Part shown: piece after piece, positions 1 through 14,295 of the stretch | Position numbering within the stretch: position 1 is the first letter of the stretch | How the letters are laid out: each line of letters starts with the position of its first letter | Source of the DNA: Eledone cirrhosa | Taxonomy: Eukaryota | Direction: 5' to 3' | NCBI GenBank assembly: GCA_964016885.1 | Contig: OZ024752.1 | Span: 50,344,001 to 50,408,000 of the forward strand | DNA: 64,000 nt | Made by a program: the position numbers and the translations under genes | The notes under the pieces: model-generated | Told to the model about the DNA's origin: nothing | What the model saw: only the letters and a program-made list of their open reading frames with translations | The model's database searches: none

Positions 1-190
1 TACAGTGAGTGCTGGGTGCTTTTTCGTGGCGCCTACACGTCCACTTTACAGTGTGGGCTGGGTGCTTTTTTGCCGTGGCACCTCCACGACCACCTTGCGG
101 TGGGTGGTGTGAAGGCATATTGTCTATATGCTTCAGCTTGTACCCATGGGAGGTCGGGTACTCTGTATTGCTGCGTGTGCAGGAATGCTT
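1..190 (-). mobile_element. SINE family B-related fragment
   Basis: Near-identical to 19950-20110; shares gagtgctgggtgctttt...gccgtggcacctccacgaccac with 52980-53035. Confidence 0.75.
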
Positions 191-610
191 TGTAAGTAAT
201 TTAAAGAAAAGGTTCGCTATTAGGATTACTATAGTTAATTTGAATGAGGGTTTCTAACTAAAAACAAGGTACAATGTGCAATAATTAATAATAAAAGCTA
301 TCGTCTTTTCTTTTTAATCAACTCTCAGATATTCCATAAACTCTAACCTATGAATGTGCAGTAAATTGACTCAATATATTCTTACAAATCTTCGTTTCAT
401 GTCAAGTCTAATTAAGTCCTTATTATCAATAAGTAAATAAAGACAGTTTCTAGAATAAGGTTTGTTACCTTTGTGTTGTGTTTTTTCCAATAATGATTTG
501 CCTGAAGCTTTAGTCAATATTTTATCTTATAGCATACCTACAAACATTTCTTCTCTTTTAATTTCCATTATTACCATGATAGCTGCCTGGAAAATCCTAC
601 ATTCCAACAG

Positions 611-2000
611 TTATATATGTATATGTGTATATGTATGTATATGTATGTATTTATGTATATGTGTACATGTATGTATATGCATGTATTTATGTATATGTGT
701 ACATGTATGTATATGTATGTATTTATGTATATGTGTACATGTATGTATATGTATGTATTTATGTATATGCGTACATGTATGTATATGTATGTATTTATAT
801 ATATGTGTACATGTATGTATATGCATGTATTTATGTATATGCGTACATGTATGTATATGTATGTATTTATATATATGTGTACATGTATGTATATGCATGT
901 ATTTATATATATGTGTACATGTATGTATATGCATGTATTTATGTATATGCGTACATGTATGTATATGTATGTATTTATGTATATGTGTACATGTATGTAT
1001 ATGCATGTATTTATATATATGTGTACATGTATGTATATGCATGTATTTATGTATATGCGTACATGTATGTATATGTATGTATTTATGTATATGTGTACAT
1101 GTATGTATATGCATGTATTTATGTATATGTGTACATGTATGTATATGTATGTATTTATGTATATGTGTACATGTATGTATATGCATGTATTTATGTATAT
1201 GTGTACATGTATGTATATGTATGTATTTATGTATATGTGTACATGTATGTATATGTATGTATTTATGTATATGCGTACATGTATGTATATGTATGTATTT
1301 ATATATATGTGTACATGTATGTATATGCATGTATTTATGTATATGCGTACATGTATGTATATGTATGTATTTATATATATGTGTACATGTATGTATATGC
1401 ATGTATTTATATATATGTGTACATGTATGTATATGCATGTATTTATGTATATGCGTACATGTATGTATATGTATGTATTTATGTATATGTGTACATGTAT
1501 GTATATGCATGTATTTATGTATATGTGTACATGTATGTATATGCATGTATTTATGTATATGTGTACATGTATGTATATGCATGTATTTATGTATATGTGT
1601 ACATGTATGTATATGTATGTATTTATGTATATGTGTACATGTATGTATATGCATGTATTTATGTATATGTGTACATGTATGTATATGTATGTATTTATGT
1701 ATATGCGTACATGTATGTATATGCATGTATTTATGTATATGTGTACATGTATGTATATGCATGTATTTATGTATATGTGTACATGTATGTATACGCATGT
1801 ATTTATGTATTTATGTATATGTGTACATGTATGTATATGCATGTATTTATGTATATGTGTACATGTATGTATATGCATGTATTTATGTATATGCGTACAT
1901 GTATGTATATGCATGTATATGCATGTATTTATGTATATGTGTACATGTATGTATATACATGTATTTATGTATACATACACACATATATGTGTATATGTAG
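611..2000. repeat. 36-bp minisatellite, about 37 copies
   Basis: Unit gtgtacatgtatgtatatgcatgtatttatgtatat; 12-aa periodicity in all six frames. Confidence 0.95.
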
Positions 2001-2697
2001 ACAGAGAGAGACAGAGAGAAAGGGGGAGTATTGGGTCTGCAAACTGATGAATGCATATTACAGGTGTATTGCTTAACAGCAAAAGATCGCTGATGATTAT
2101 TATGGTGGCAAAACCTTGAGGGAATTTTCACCAAGAAATCAGATCGGTATGCTTAAAATTTAATAGAGCCTAAACTTCATTATTAATGATTTATATATAG
2201 TAGAGTAGCTTTAATAACTTGTCAGTTCATTTGGAAATTTATAGCTAGCTGTTAAATACAGTATTAAATTTACTTTCCTCAACACATTTTATGCATTTAT
2301 CACTAGCATTTGATCCAGTTGATACTAAAAGCTTCAGCTGCTGATTTTAACAGATATAAAGCATAAAACAAATGATAAATGTTTACCACTCCCAATTATA
2401 TCTCTATTTACACTTCTTTGTTTGGAATTATTAAAAATATCTACTGTTTGTGTCAAATTCATCATTATCTCATCTCTATTCAAACACAAGACTGATATAG
2501 ATACTTTTAATTACTCTAATGTTGTATTATCTTAGTATGAAGCATTCCAAAGTGTGTGTATTTGTCAAGAAGGAGATGGTCCAGCATCAAAGAAACTAGA
2601 ACAATATTCTTGACTGCCTTCGATATTTTGGCTGCACCCATTTACAGTTCAAATTCTGCCACTCTAAAGTTTGTCCTCTGCTAAGAAGAAGCAGCAA

Positions 2698-2798
2698 TAT
2701 CATCATCATCATCATCATCATCATCAGCGATATCATCATCATCATATTGTCGTTATATCATCATCATCATCATCATCATCATCATCGTCACAATCATA

Positions 2799-2836
<38 letters not shown>

Positions 2837-2851
2837 TATCATCACAATTAT

Positions 2852-2883
<32 letters not shown>

Positions 2884-3138
2884 TCATCATATCATCATTA
2901 AAAAATCATCATTATTATCACAATCATCATCATAATAATCATCACCACCACCATCATCATCAACGGGTCCTATTCATATATATATAATATATATATAATA
3001 TATATATATTATATATTTTATATATAATATATATATATGTATATAAATACATATATATATATGTACATATACATACACATATATATATATATATTTTATA
3101 TTTCACATATAATATATATATATATATATACATATATG

Positions 3139-3214
<76 letters not shown>

Positions 3215-3225
3215 TGTACATATGG
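2698..3225. repeat. (CAT)n followed by (TA)n microsatellites
   Basis: Read directly from the sequence. Confidence 0.95.
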
Positions 3226-3769
3226 TGGCTGCCAACTCGTTTTCGAGTACGGCCACTACTTTATATCCATGTAGGAGAACCCCTACCGATGCGCTGAACG
3301 AGTGTGACTTTTTAGTCCAGCCAGCGACTTGAAAACTCTGTTACAAACACTACACTTGTGACAATTATTGACACATAGTGCTGGGCCCATGGTACCATGT
3401 GACGACAAGTGCAGAGAGATCTCCAGATATAAAGCAATGCCTGTGCCGTGAAGCTTTTATAGTGAGCAAAGGCACTGCACAAAGCCATTCCCACTCTCTT
3501 AACCATGATGATATTTACCAAAAAGAAGAACAAGTCAACATCATCAGGGTTGCAGGTGTTATATCAGAGTTTTCCTTCTCCTAGAATTTTGCCATGACAA
3601 AGGCTAAGGGGTCATCTCTCCCGGTGATTTTGGATGGCCATTGACTCTTAAGAGTTCCCTTGCCCTTTGACAGGTTTTGTTTTTAGTCCTGCAGGATGTC
3701 CAAAGTCACCCTCCTCACCAAGAAACCTTGGTGGGGTTGCCAGTTTAGTCGCCAACGACCCGACCATAC

Positions 3770-3841
<72 letters not shown>

Positions 3842-4240
3842 TATACATATATATACACACACAAATACACATATATATATACACATATACAACGGGACTC
3901 TGCACAATTTCCATTTCCCCAATTTTACTCACAGCCATTAACTTTAAGTAAATAAATATACTCTATACACACTCCTAGATTCATTTTCAAAACATCTAAA
4001 AAAAATTTCTATTGACAAATGGGAATCACCAAAGAATTGTAATTTCTTTTAATACAATTGCATCCATAAAAATCCATACCAAACTAAGAACACATTACAA
4101 ATATCATTTGTGGGTTACTCTGAAACATTCTAGCTTCCTCTATATTTTCTTTGCTATATCTATATATTTATTTATATATATATATATGTGTGTGTGTATA
4201 AATATATATATTTATATTAGGATTGGTGCTCTGAAATAAC

Positions 4241-4305
<65 letters not shown>

Positions 4306-4457
4306 CTATTTATTCTTTGGCACACTGTTGCTGCCAAATCGATAATTAAATTGCAACAAAATACACATATATTTATTTATTCGTTTAGAAATAAATAAAA
4401 GCCAAAAAAAGTTGTTGTTTTTTTTAAATACATATATCTGTAATGATAAATGAAATG

Positions 4458-4512
<55 letters not shown>

Positions 4513-4594
4513 GTATATATGTATATATATATAATTACATTTCATTTATCATTACATTAATTTTTATTTCATATTTTTAAATAAAATAAAATAA

Positions 4595-4626
<32 letters not shown>

Positions 4627-4631
4627 CAATA

Positions 4632-4663
<32 letters not shown>

Positions 4664-5452
4664 AATATTCTTATGTTACATAGAAAAGAAATTTTTAAAA
4701 AAAGGGGGGAAAATTTGAAATAATTGTTGTTCTCGTCTGTGATATGTGATGTTAAACAGAAAGTTGTTTTTCGAACATTCTTAGATATATCATTCATTCC
4801 ATCAGCTATTTGTCAATATTCTTCCATTTTGCCAGTATATTCCAAGTGAGCAATCAATTATGCTCTATACGTTTGTCAGATGGTGCAGAGGTTAAATTAC
4901 AAAATTACAACAACAACAAACAACAACAAAAATAATAAATAAATAAATAAATAAATAAATAAAAATTAAAAAAAAAAATCTTTTTTTTTTAAAAATAAAA
5001 TCAAAAAATACTATTGCCTAAATTATCAATTGATTCTCTTACCCAACCTACTATAACTAGTGATTGTATTTCAAGAAGCCCTTCATTAAATTGTATCTAA
5101 ATTTAAGGAATTTGAGATGAGGTTTTTAAAAATTGTGGGCTTTTTTTTATATATATATATATTTAAATTTTTCTTCAAATTTCTGATTGAATTTCAAATA
5201 AAATACACTAGTGATATTGGACTCTAATTATTACAAGGTTGTTGATAGTGTTCTGTATTTTATGGCATATAGCAAATTGAAACTAATATTCAATCAAAAC
5301 ACTCACATATGACTACAGCAACCAAGCAATTAACCCTTGAATAATAAGAAACAACTATGAAAATATAAAATTATCTTCATTCCAACATTTTCTTAACCAG
5401 CTGCTGTGTATCATATTCTTTTACTGTTATCAAGTTCTATTTTCTTTTTTCC

Positions 5453-5494
<42 letters not shown>

Positions 5495-5508
5495 TACTAT
5501 TATTCTTT

Positions 5509-5745
5509 AAGGGCGGTGGATTGGCAGTGTCGGTAGAGGGTCGGACGCCATGCTTAAGAGCATAGAGTTACGGCCCTCTGCGGTCTGAGTTCAAAATCCT
5601 GCTGAGGTTAACTTTGCCTTTCATCCTTACGGGGTCGATGAAATAAGGCACCAGTAAGGTACTGGGGTCGATTTAATCGACTTTCCCCCTCTTCCAAAAT
5701 TGCTGGCCTTGAGCCTATATAAGAAACCATCATTATTATTATTAT
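5509..5745 (+). mobile_element. tRNA-derived SINE family A, full length
   Basis: A-box-like tggcagtgtcggtag, B-box gagttcaaaatcc, central gcctttcatccttacggggtcgat (resembles the Meta-type SINE domain, from memory), (ATT)n tail; more than 15 copies in the window. Confidence 0.9.
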
Positions 5746-5746
5746 T

Positions 5747-5881
5747 AGGGCGGTGAATTGGCAGTATCGGTAGAGGGTTGGACACCATGCTTTCTAGCAT
5801 AGTTACGGCCCTTTACAGTCTGGGTTCAAATCCCACCGAGGTTATAACTTTGCACTTCATCCTTACAGGGTGGATAAAATA
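5747..5881 (+). mobile_element. SINE A, 3'-truncated, in tandem with the previous copy
   Basis: Homology to 5509-5645. Confidence 0.85.
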
Positions 5882-5964
5882 CATTAATGATATCAACATG
5901 TTTTTCTACATAAATTTAGTCTACTTTTCCTTTGATTATTAGTGAGAGATGGGGGAGAATGGGA

Positions 5965-6400
5965 GGCAGGGAGGCAGTGGGAGTTTGGTTCCTTTGTGTT
6001 CGGACCTGGCGTATATGAGAGATGGAGAGAGCAAGAGAGATGGAGGCAGTGACAGTGGGAGTTTGGTTCCTTTGTGTTCGGACCTGGCGTATATGAGAGA
6101 TGGAGAGAGCAAGAGAGATGGAGGCAGTGACAGTGGGAGTTTGGTTCCTTTGTGTTCGGACCTGGCGTATATGAGAGATGGAGAGAGCAAGAGAGATGGA
6201 GGCAGTGACAGTGGGAGTTTGGTTCCTTTGTGTTCGGACCTGGCGTATATGAGAGATGGAGAGAGCAAGAGAGATGGTGACAGTGGGAGTTTGGTTCCTT
6301 TGTGTTTGGACCTGGTGTATATGAGAGATGGGGAGAGCAAGAGAGATGGAGGCAGTGACAGTGGGAGTTTGGTTCCTTTGTGTTCGGACCTGGCGTATAT
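5965..6400. repeat. 78-bp tandem repeat, about 5.5 copies
   Basis: 26-aa periodicity in the ORF track; unit ggaggcagtgacagtgggagtttggttcc...gagcaagagagat. Confidence 0.95.
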
Positions 6401-6559
6401 GTATATATTTATTTACCGAACCACAAACAAAACATACTGAACACTATCTGAAAGATATTAAAAATACCTGAAGAGCGTTACAACTGTTAGGAAAGAAAAT
6501 CTACATAATAATAATATAGTAATGAAACAAATCGACTATGATCCTTTGGGTGCGTAATA

Positions 6560-6762
6560 TTAGTGATCATGAACAATGAAACACAGATGAACTGAGCAGA
6601 AGAGGAATCTGATGCTAGAGATAAGATTATATTGGTATGGAGGAGATGTGATGCACATGGGTGATGATTGTTTACTAAAGTAGCACGAGATGGGAGGAGG
6701 AGGGGGAGGAGGGTGGGTGGGGGGAAAGAGGAAGAAGAAGGCGGGGGTAATAATAATAATAA

Positions 6763-6793
<31 letters not shown>

Positions 6794-7068
6794 AAGAAGA
6801 AGAAGAAGAAGAAGAAGAAGAAGAAGAAGAAGAAGAAGAAGAAGAAGAAGAAGAAGAAGAAGAAGAAGAAGAAGAAGAAGAAGAAGAAGAAGAAGAAGAA
6901 GAAGAAGAAGAAGAAGAAGACGACGACGACGACGACGACGAAGAAGAAGAAGAAGAAGAAGAAGAAGAAGAAGAAGAAGAAGAAGAAGAAGAAGAAGAAG
7001 AAGAAGACGACGACGACGACGAAGAAGAAGAAGAAGAAGAAGAAGAAGAAGAAGAAGAAGAAGAAGAA

Positions 7069-7129
<61 letters not shown>

Positions 7130-7290
7130 GGGAGAACTGAGCGGAATTTGGTGAGACCTGACCCCAAAATACTGAACCTAACAAAATAGATGAAGAAGGG
7201 ACTCAACATGTGGACATATCTTCTCTAAGATAGTGAAGATATGTCCAATCCATGCAAGCATGAGAGAAAATGAATGTAAATAGATGATGG
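6560..7290 (+). mobile_element. Old RTE LINE 3' remnant split by a (GAA)n/(GAC)n/(GAAA)n expansion at 6765-7130
   Basis: agattatattggtatgga...gtgatgcacatgggtgatga resembles the RLRWYGHVMRMEDD-coding region at 41695-41735; after the repeat come gtgagacctgacc and a catgcaagcatg...(GAT)n tail. Confidence 0.55.
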
Positions 7291-8520
7291 CGATGATGAT
7301 GATGATGAAAATGATGATGATGGCGATGATGATGATGATGATGACAATGATGATGATGATGATGAGGATGATGAATGAAATGAAGCAAAAATAAAACTGA
7401 AATCACTAGACACTAACAACTTTTCCCCCGAGCAGAACACTGAATCATGAATTTGAAGATATGTGATAAGCTTTATAAACAGATAACCCATCTTTCATGT
7501 AATATCAAGTCACCAACTACTACCACCGAGTCTTTCTTAAAAACTAACAAACCAGAAAATTAATTTCAAAATTAGATCTTTTATTTTTTATACTGTTTAT
7601 ACCCCAGTTAATTTTATACACTTGATCTTAGCATCGCTTCTTCCAAGGTTGTTGTTTCTTTTTTGTTTTGTTTTTTTGTTTTTTGTTCTTTTTTTTGGGG
7701 GGGGGGGGGGGGGGGTATTTTTTTGTTTTTGTTTTAAAACATGAAACTATTAACGTTATTGATCAGATAATTTTAATCCTATCATAAAAGGAAATAGCTA
7801 GTTTTGTTCTAAAATTAAGGAAAAGAAACTTTGAAAGGTAAAATCTTCCCCTTTCTCTGAGAATTCATTTAATTGTCTTACTAAATTGTTTAAAAGAAAA
7901 TATAAATTTTTTTTTTTTTTATATGTAAAAATGCTTGTTTTATGAGTCTATGTGATAAACACCCTAAACACACACAGAATTAACCCGTTAGCATTTACAT
8001 TACTCTATATATACTATTGTATTTTCATGGTAAAGCTTTTACCTCACATAATATCTCACATAACATTTACATTACTCTATATATACTATTGTATTTTCAT
8101 GGTAAAGGCTTTACCTCACATAATATCTCACATAACATTTACATTACTCTATATTTACTATTGTATTTTCATGGTAAAGGCTTTACCTCACATAATATCT
8201 CACATAACATTTACATTACTCTATATTTACTATTGTATTTTCATGGTAAAGGCTTTACCTCACATAATATCTCACATAACATTTACATTACTCTATAAAT
8301 ACTATTTTATTTTCATGGTAAAGCCTTTACCTCACATAATATCTCACATAACATTTACATTACTCTATAAATACTATTGTATTTTCATGGTAAAGCCTTT
8401 ACCTCACATAATATCTCACATAACATTTACATTACTCTATATATACTATTGTATTTTCATGGTAAAGCCTTTACCTCACATAATATCTCACATAATATTT
8501 ACATTACTCTATATATACTT

Positions 8521-8625
8521 CCTTGGTGTTAGGAAGGGCATCCAGCTGTAGAAATCAAGCCAGAATCAGTTCCCGTCCCACCCTTGCAAGCAGGGAAAAG
8601 CGGACGTAAAAATGATGATGATGAT
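8521..8625 (+). mobile_element. 5'-truncated SINE B with RTE-type tail, nested in the 72-bp array
   Basis: Matches 63600-63710; ends gcaagcagggaaaagcggacgtaaaa(tga)n. Confidence 0.9.
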
Positions 8626-8762
8626 ACAATTGTATTTTCATGGTAAAGACTTTATCTCACATAACATTTACATTACTCTATATATACTATTGTATTTTCA
8701 CGGTAAAGGTTTTATCTCCTATAATTATCTCATATAATATCAAATTTATGAGATTTTGATAT

Positions 8763-8919
8763 TACTGTATTTTTCCGCTGTCGAAGACGCTACTTTTTTC
8801 TTAAAATAAGTCTCAAAAATCTACCATTCATCCTGGAGACCGAAGGCTCTTTATTATTTTTTTTCAAATTTTTGGTGCGTCCTCGAGGACAAGCGTCTTC
8901 GGCGCCGGGAATTACAGTA
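8763..8919. mobile_element. pogo/Tigger-like MITE with TA target duplication
   Basis: TA-ctgtatttttccg ... cgggaattacag-TA inverted termini; inverted second copy at 18636-18808. Confidence 0.75.
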
Positions 8920-9307
8920 TTTATCTCAGGAACAATACCTTAACCTCAGTATGAGTGGCCGATTATGGCTGGTTTGAACAGAAAGAAGTGAGAGAATTTT
9001 GGCTGGATACAGCTTCAAAGAAGGTACTTAGATTGTAAATTCTGAAGAAGCTTAAAATCAAACTCTCATAATTTATTAATTACAATAATATTTAAAGATT
9101 TTTAATCTTTTCAAAGCTATAAACGTCCCAAAATTTACATTTACAAAGATCTTGATGATATCAGGTACTTTCAATATAGGAAAAAAATAATAAGAGAACA
9201 AAAAAAGTCAAGAAAAAAATAAACTTAATTTCTTTTTAAACCATTTCAAAATGTCGCTCAACCGACGTAGAATAAGAACTAGTGGACTTGAATATACATT
9301 CTAAACA

Positions 9308-9459
9308 AAGTAGTAGTAGTAGTGGTGGTGGTGGTGGTAGTCATCGTCGTCGTCGTCGTGGTAGTAGTAGACGTGGTGGTGATGGTAGTAGTAGTAGTGG
9401 TGGTGGTGGTGGTGGTAGTAGTAATAGTAGACATGGTGGTAGTAGTAGTAATAGTAGAC

Positions 9460-9492
<33 letters not shown>

Positions 9493-9495
9493 ATA
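9308..9495. repeat. (GTA/GTG/GTC)n compound microsatellite
   Basis: Read directly from the sequence. Confidence 0.95.
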
Positions 9496-9854
9496 AACAA
9501 ACAAATAGCAACTACTGATCCCGCTTATGTACATTGCATATTTTAATCCTTTCAATTTGATGGAAAAATTTGATAAATCTATCAAATTAAATGAGCGAAG
9601 GAAAGAAAGTTTTAAAAAATATGAATTAAAATTAACAAACTGTCAAACTTGCTTTATTTGTAATGATGGACACTATCAAACGAAGATAATTAAGTGATAT
9701 TCAAAACAAGTTATCATTACTTCTTATCACCAATGAAATGGAGAGTTACATTTCATGATAAATTTCTAAATATTTCTGTTGCCATATCATCTATATTAAG
9801 ATATTTGATACTGTAGAGACAAATGTCCCAACCTCCAAAAAACTTTCCACACCA

Positions 9855-10397
9855 TTAACCCTTTAGCATTTAAACCGGCTGTGTCCAGCCAGAATTCTCT
9901 CACCTCTTTATGTTCAAACCAGCCATAACTGGCTGCTCAACTGATGTTACTATGAAAATACAATAGTATATATACAGTAATGTAAATGATAAAGGGTTAA
10001 ACTGGCCCTATCCAGCCAGAATTCTCTCACCTTTTTCTGTTCAAACCGGCCGTAACTGGCTGCTCATACTGACGTTAAGGTATTGTTCTCAAAATAAATA
10101 ATATCACAATCTCATAGATTCAATAATTGTTTCTACGTTAGGCACAAGGCCAGCAATTACCTCAGTGCATTACTGGTACTTTATTTTATCGACCCCGTAA
10201 GGATGAAAGGCAAAGTTAACCTCGGCGGGATTCGAACTCACAATGGCAAGGGCCGTAACTCTATACGGCAAAGCATGGCGTCCGACCCTCTCCCAATACT
10301 GCCAATCCACCGCAATGTGAGATAATTATGTAAGATAAAGCCTTTACCATGAAAATACAATAGTAAATATAGAGTAATGTGAATGCTAAATGGTTAA
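9855..10397. mobile_element. Two adjacent MITE-1 copies (9855-10000 internally deleted; 10001-10397 interrupted by SINE A)
   Basis: TTAAccctttagcattta...taaatgataaagggTTAA; colinear with 58228-58455. Confidence 0.85.
10122..10313 (-). mobile_element. SINE A inserted in MITE-1
   Basis: Reverse complement of the SINE A sequence; MITE sequence resumes on both sides. Confidence 0.9.
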
Positions 10398-11224
10398 GCA
10401 AATTTTCAAACACTTCAGTTGACCCCTCTCAACACTTGACCCTCTCAACACTTGACCCCTCTCAACACTTGACCCCTCTCAACACTAACACACCAGCTAA
10501 TAGAAGAGAATGCAAAGAAATATTTAAGTTCTGTTCACACACCTTTTCTTTCTCATCTATAAAAACAAAAAACCAAACATTAAAGCTGCTCTCCCTGTTT
10601 TCAATCTGTTATTGAAACAATTATGAACAGTTTTGATCTATATGGCTTCTTCTCCAATTACATATAGCAATAACATAAGTTAACTGATATAAAATTGATA
10701 TAAAATTACAGTATAGGGATTGGAATAGTATTTCAAAGCATCTAAATTAAGAAGTAATTATAATTCAGACAATGTGTGTGTGTGTGTGTGTGTGTGCATG
10801 TATGTGCGTGTGTGTGTATATCATGACTCATACACCGTTCACTTTCCTGACTTTTGTACATTATTCTATGTACTATACATGCACCTTTGATGAGTTGTAG
10901 TGCACCTGAGCACTGTACACAATAATTTTCATTAGTAAAACAAAGAAATCATTATCATTAAAAACCATGGTTACTATATATATATATAACAATTACTGTT
11001 GACAATTAGAGAAAGCACCAAACAGAATATTAATTAATTAGGAAATTTTGTTTATATAAGATTCTCTTTAACTTGGTTTTTTTATCATGAATTTTCCATC
11101 TTCACTGAGTCACTAAATTCAGTTTACGTATAAACAATTGTTATTGTCTGAAGCATTTCAAATTGAAATTTGACTTGAAGATGTGAAACAAGAAATATAT
11201 ACATGTGTACTCATTAGGTACGGG

Positions 11225-11917
<693 letters not shown>

Positions 11918-13415
11918 CTTGTATAAGATAGAGGTGACTGGAATAGACAAGAGATCAACAGATTTTTTGTTGGTGACATCTCACGACCCTAGAGGAGGTT
12001 CAACAGCTAAATTATTAAAACTAGCAGAAAAACCTTCTGGTGGTTTCCTGCTGGCATGTGTAGTGTGTATATTGATATTATACGCAAGTATATATGTTTG
12101 TAGATATGATATGTCTAATAAAATGGTAATTGACAATATACACAGAAATTGAACCAAGACTGCGTTACACTGTCTTCTGTAATCAGTAAAGTAATCCATG
12201 ATACATTAAAAAAAGACATTATTATATATAAACTGCATTAGAAGAAAATTAGTGATGGAAATATATGAATGTTTATTTAAGCGATCGCTAACCGGAAGTG
12301 TTGACATTTGAAAATTTTAAAGAAGTGAATCTTAAAATAAGCAACAAAATTTAGTCCCGCAGTCCTGCACTCCTTACTGTATTATAGGTTAGATAAGTCA
12401 GTCTCATCTCTGGAAAATATACATCTAGTTCTAGAAACATACCAAATATTCTTCTGTAGAATCAATTACTATTACAAAACTCCATAGAAAACAACAAAAC
12501 TTTTATGTTGTTAGATTTAAATTCAATTCAACCAAAATTCTTCTAAGAAGTTATGATTATACAATGGATTGTCTTGTAAGCTTCTTTAAAAATTGTAGTT
12601 CAATTTCAATCAAGTTACATTTAAGAATCATATTGATTTAAGACTCCAGATATCCTAAGAAACTATATTTAAACAATAATAAATAGCTCATATTATTTTT
12701 TAATATCAGGATGATGGTGATGATTGTTCTAATTTAACATGTCTATAGAAAATATTACATCATTTAATTATAAATGACAGGAAAATAAATGCAATGAGAA
12801 ACTACAAAGATAGGCAGTTTCCAATAATTTATTCAACACCAATGGTAGCCTTGCACATCTAAGCATTCTTCATTTATCTGAATTTCAATATTGTCTAAAA
12901 TTAATTAATTAGTTCTAATTTAATTTAGCTGGGAACAAAAAAGACCAGTTTATCACTATGTCTTCTTTTTCTCAGTCCTATTGATGACTAAGGAAGGTTG
13001 TTTCAACAGAAAAGTAGGAAAGATAGAAAGAGACCAATAAGTGGAGTGGACTTCCAGTGTCTTGATGTAGTAATTCTAATTCACGGGACTTTTTTTTTCC
13101 TATAAATGATGATAAAATGCTTCCTTAAAAACAGAAAAAAAAAGCATACAAAATATATCTTAGATCTAGTGCTGTTTGACACGGTAATGGTTGCCTGGCC
13201 AGTCAAGTTGATTGACCTAATACAATTGGAAAGACTGGGAATTATATAATGGATGAGCTGTGTCAAACAAAGTGCATGTTTAGGAAAGCTAAGAGCATGC
13301 TTTGAAAATCACACTTAGGCATTTAATCCTGCCAATATTGGTCTCTGTAAAGACAGTATTATTTGTTCAAACTATTCATACCTGGCTTTGTTGACATATC
13401 ATTAGCTTTAATAGC

Positions 13416-13534
13416 AGAGTAACCTTACAGAGTAACCTTACAGAGTAACCTTACAGAGTAACCTTACAGAGTAACCTTACAGAGTAACCTTACAAAGTAA
13501 CCTACCTTGCCCCCCCCCCCCCCCCCCCCCCCCC
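13416..13534. repeat. 13-bp tandem repeat (agagtaaccttac, about 6.5 copies) followed by poly-C
   Basis: Read directly from the sequence. Confidence 0.9.
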
Positions 13535-13919
13535 AATCACAAGAGCAATCACTGTGGAGGTTTCTTAGTTTTTTTATTGCTTTTTTTTTGTGGGAGGGGT
13601 CCTTTTTTTTTTTCCATGTCAACAAATTTTTCTATGAATACATCAACAGGTTTACATTGACATAAGAGCTAAAGTTTGAAAGATAACACGTGGCAGGCTT
13701 AGATATATTGATAGGATCGTGAAATTAAGCAGACAAATGAGTAATAATAATGAAGTGAAATCAAAACAAATAGGTGGAATAAAAAAGCATGTAGAGCTCT
13801 AGAAGTGAAATTAACAAATTCAGCCAAACAGAAGATTAATCTTTCATGGTCCAGACTGACTCATTTAACAAATTTTGCATAGAAAAAGTAGATAGAAAAG
13901 GTGATTATTATAATAAATA

Positions 13920-14295
13920 AGGGCGGTGAATTGGCAGTATCGGTAGAGAGTCGGACGCCATGCTTTCCAGCATAGAGTTACGTCCCTTTACGATCTGAGT
14001 TCAAATCTCGTCGAGGTTAACTTTGCCTTTCATCCTTACCGGGTCGATAAAATAAAGTACCAGTAATGCACTGAGTAATTGCTGGCCTTGTGCCAAAAAT
14101 AGAAACAATTATAATAAATGATGGTGATTATTATAATAAATAAGGGTGGTGGTTTGGCAGTAACGGTAGAGCACTAGACACCATGCTTAGTAGCATAGCG
14201 TTATGGCCCTTTGCGGTCTGAGATCAAATCCCACCAAGGTTACCTTTGCCTTTCATCCTTACGGGGTCAATAAAATAAAGTACCAGTAATGTACT
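13920..14295 (+). mobile_element. Two tandem SINE A copies (13920-14115, 14142-14295)
   Basis: Family homology; both are preceded by ggtgattattataataaataa. Confidence 0.9.

Larger units (their letters stand above)
7980..9015. mobile_element. piggyBac-like MITE-1 with an internal 72-bp tandem array (7992-8520) and two nested insertions
   Basis: Starts TTAA-ccc; homologous to 16067-16269 and to the reverse complement of 58228-58455; 24-aa periodicity. Confidence 0.8.

Noticed and set aside
462-2082. 395-512 aa Cys/His/Tyr-rich ORFs
   Set aside because: Open in all six frames because the 36-bp minisatellite has no stop codons.
2040-2125. Two CTGATGA words as hammerheads
   Set aside because: No correctly placed GAAA or stem III.
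5939-6440. 133-aa and 163-aa repeat ORFs
   Set aside because: 78-bp tandem repeat with no splice or homology support.
7952-8551. 199-aa hydrophobic repeat ORF
   Set aside because: 72-bp MITE-derived array.
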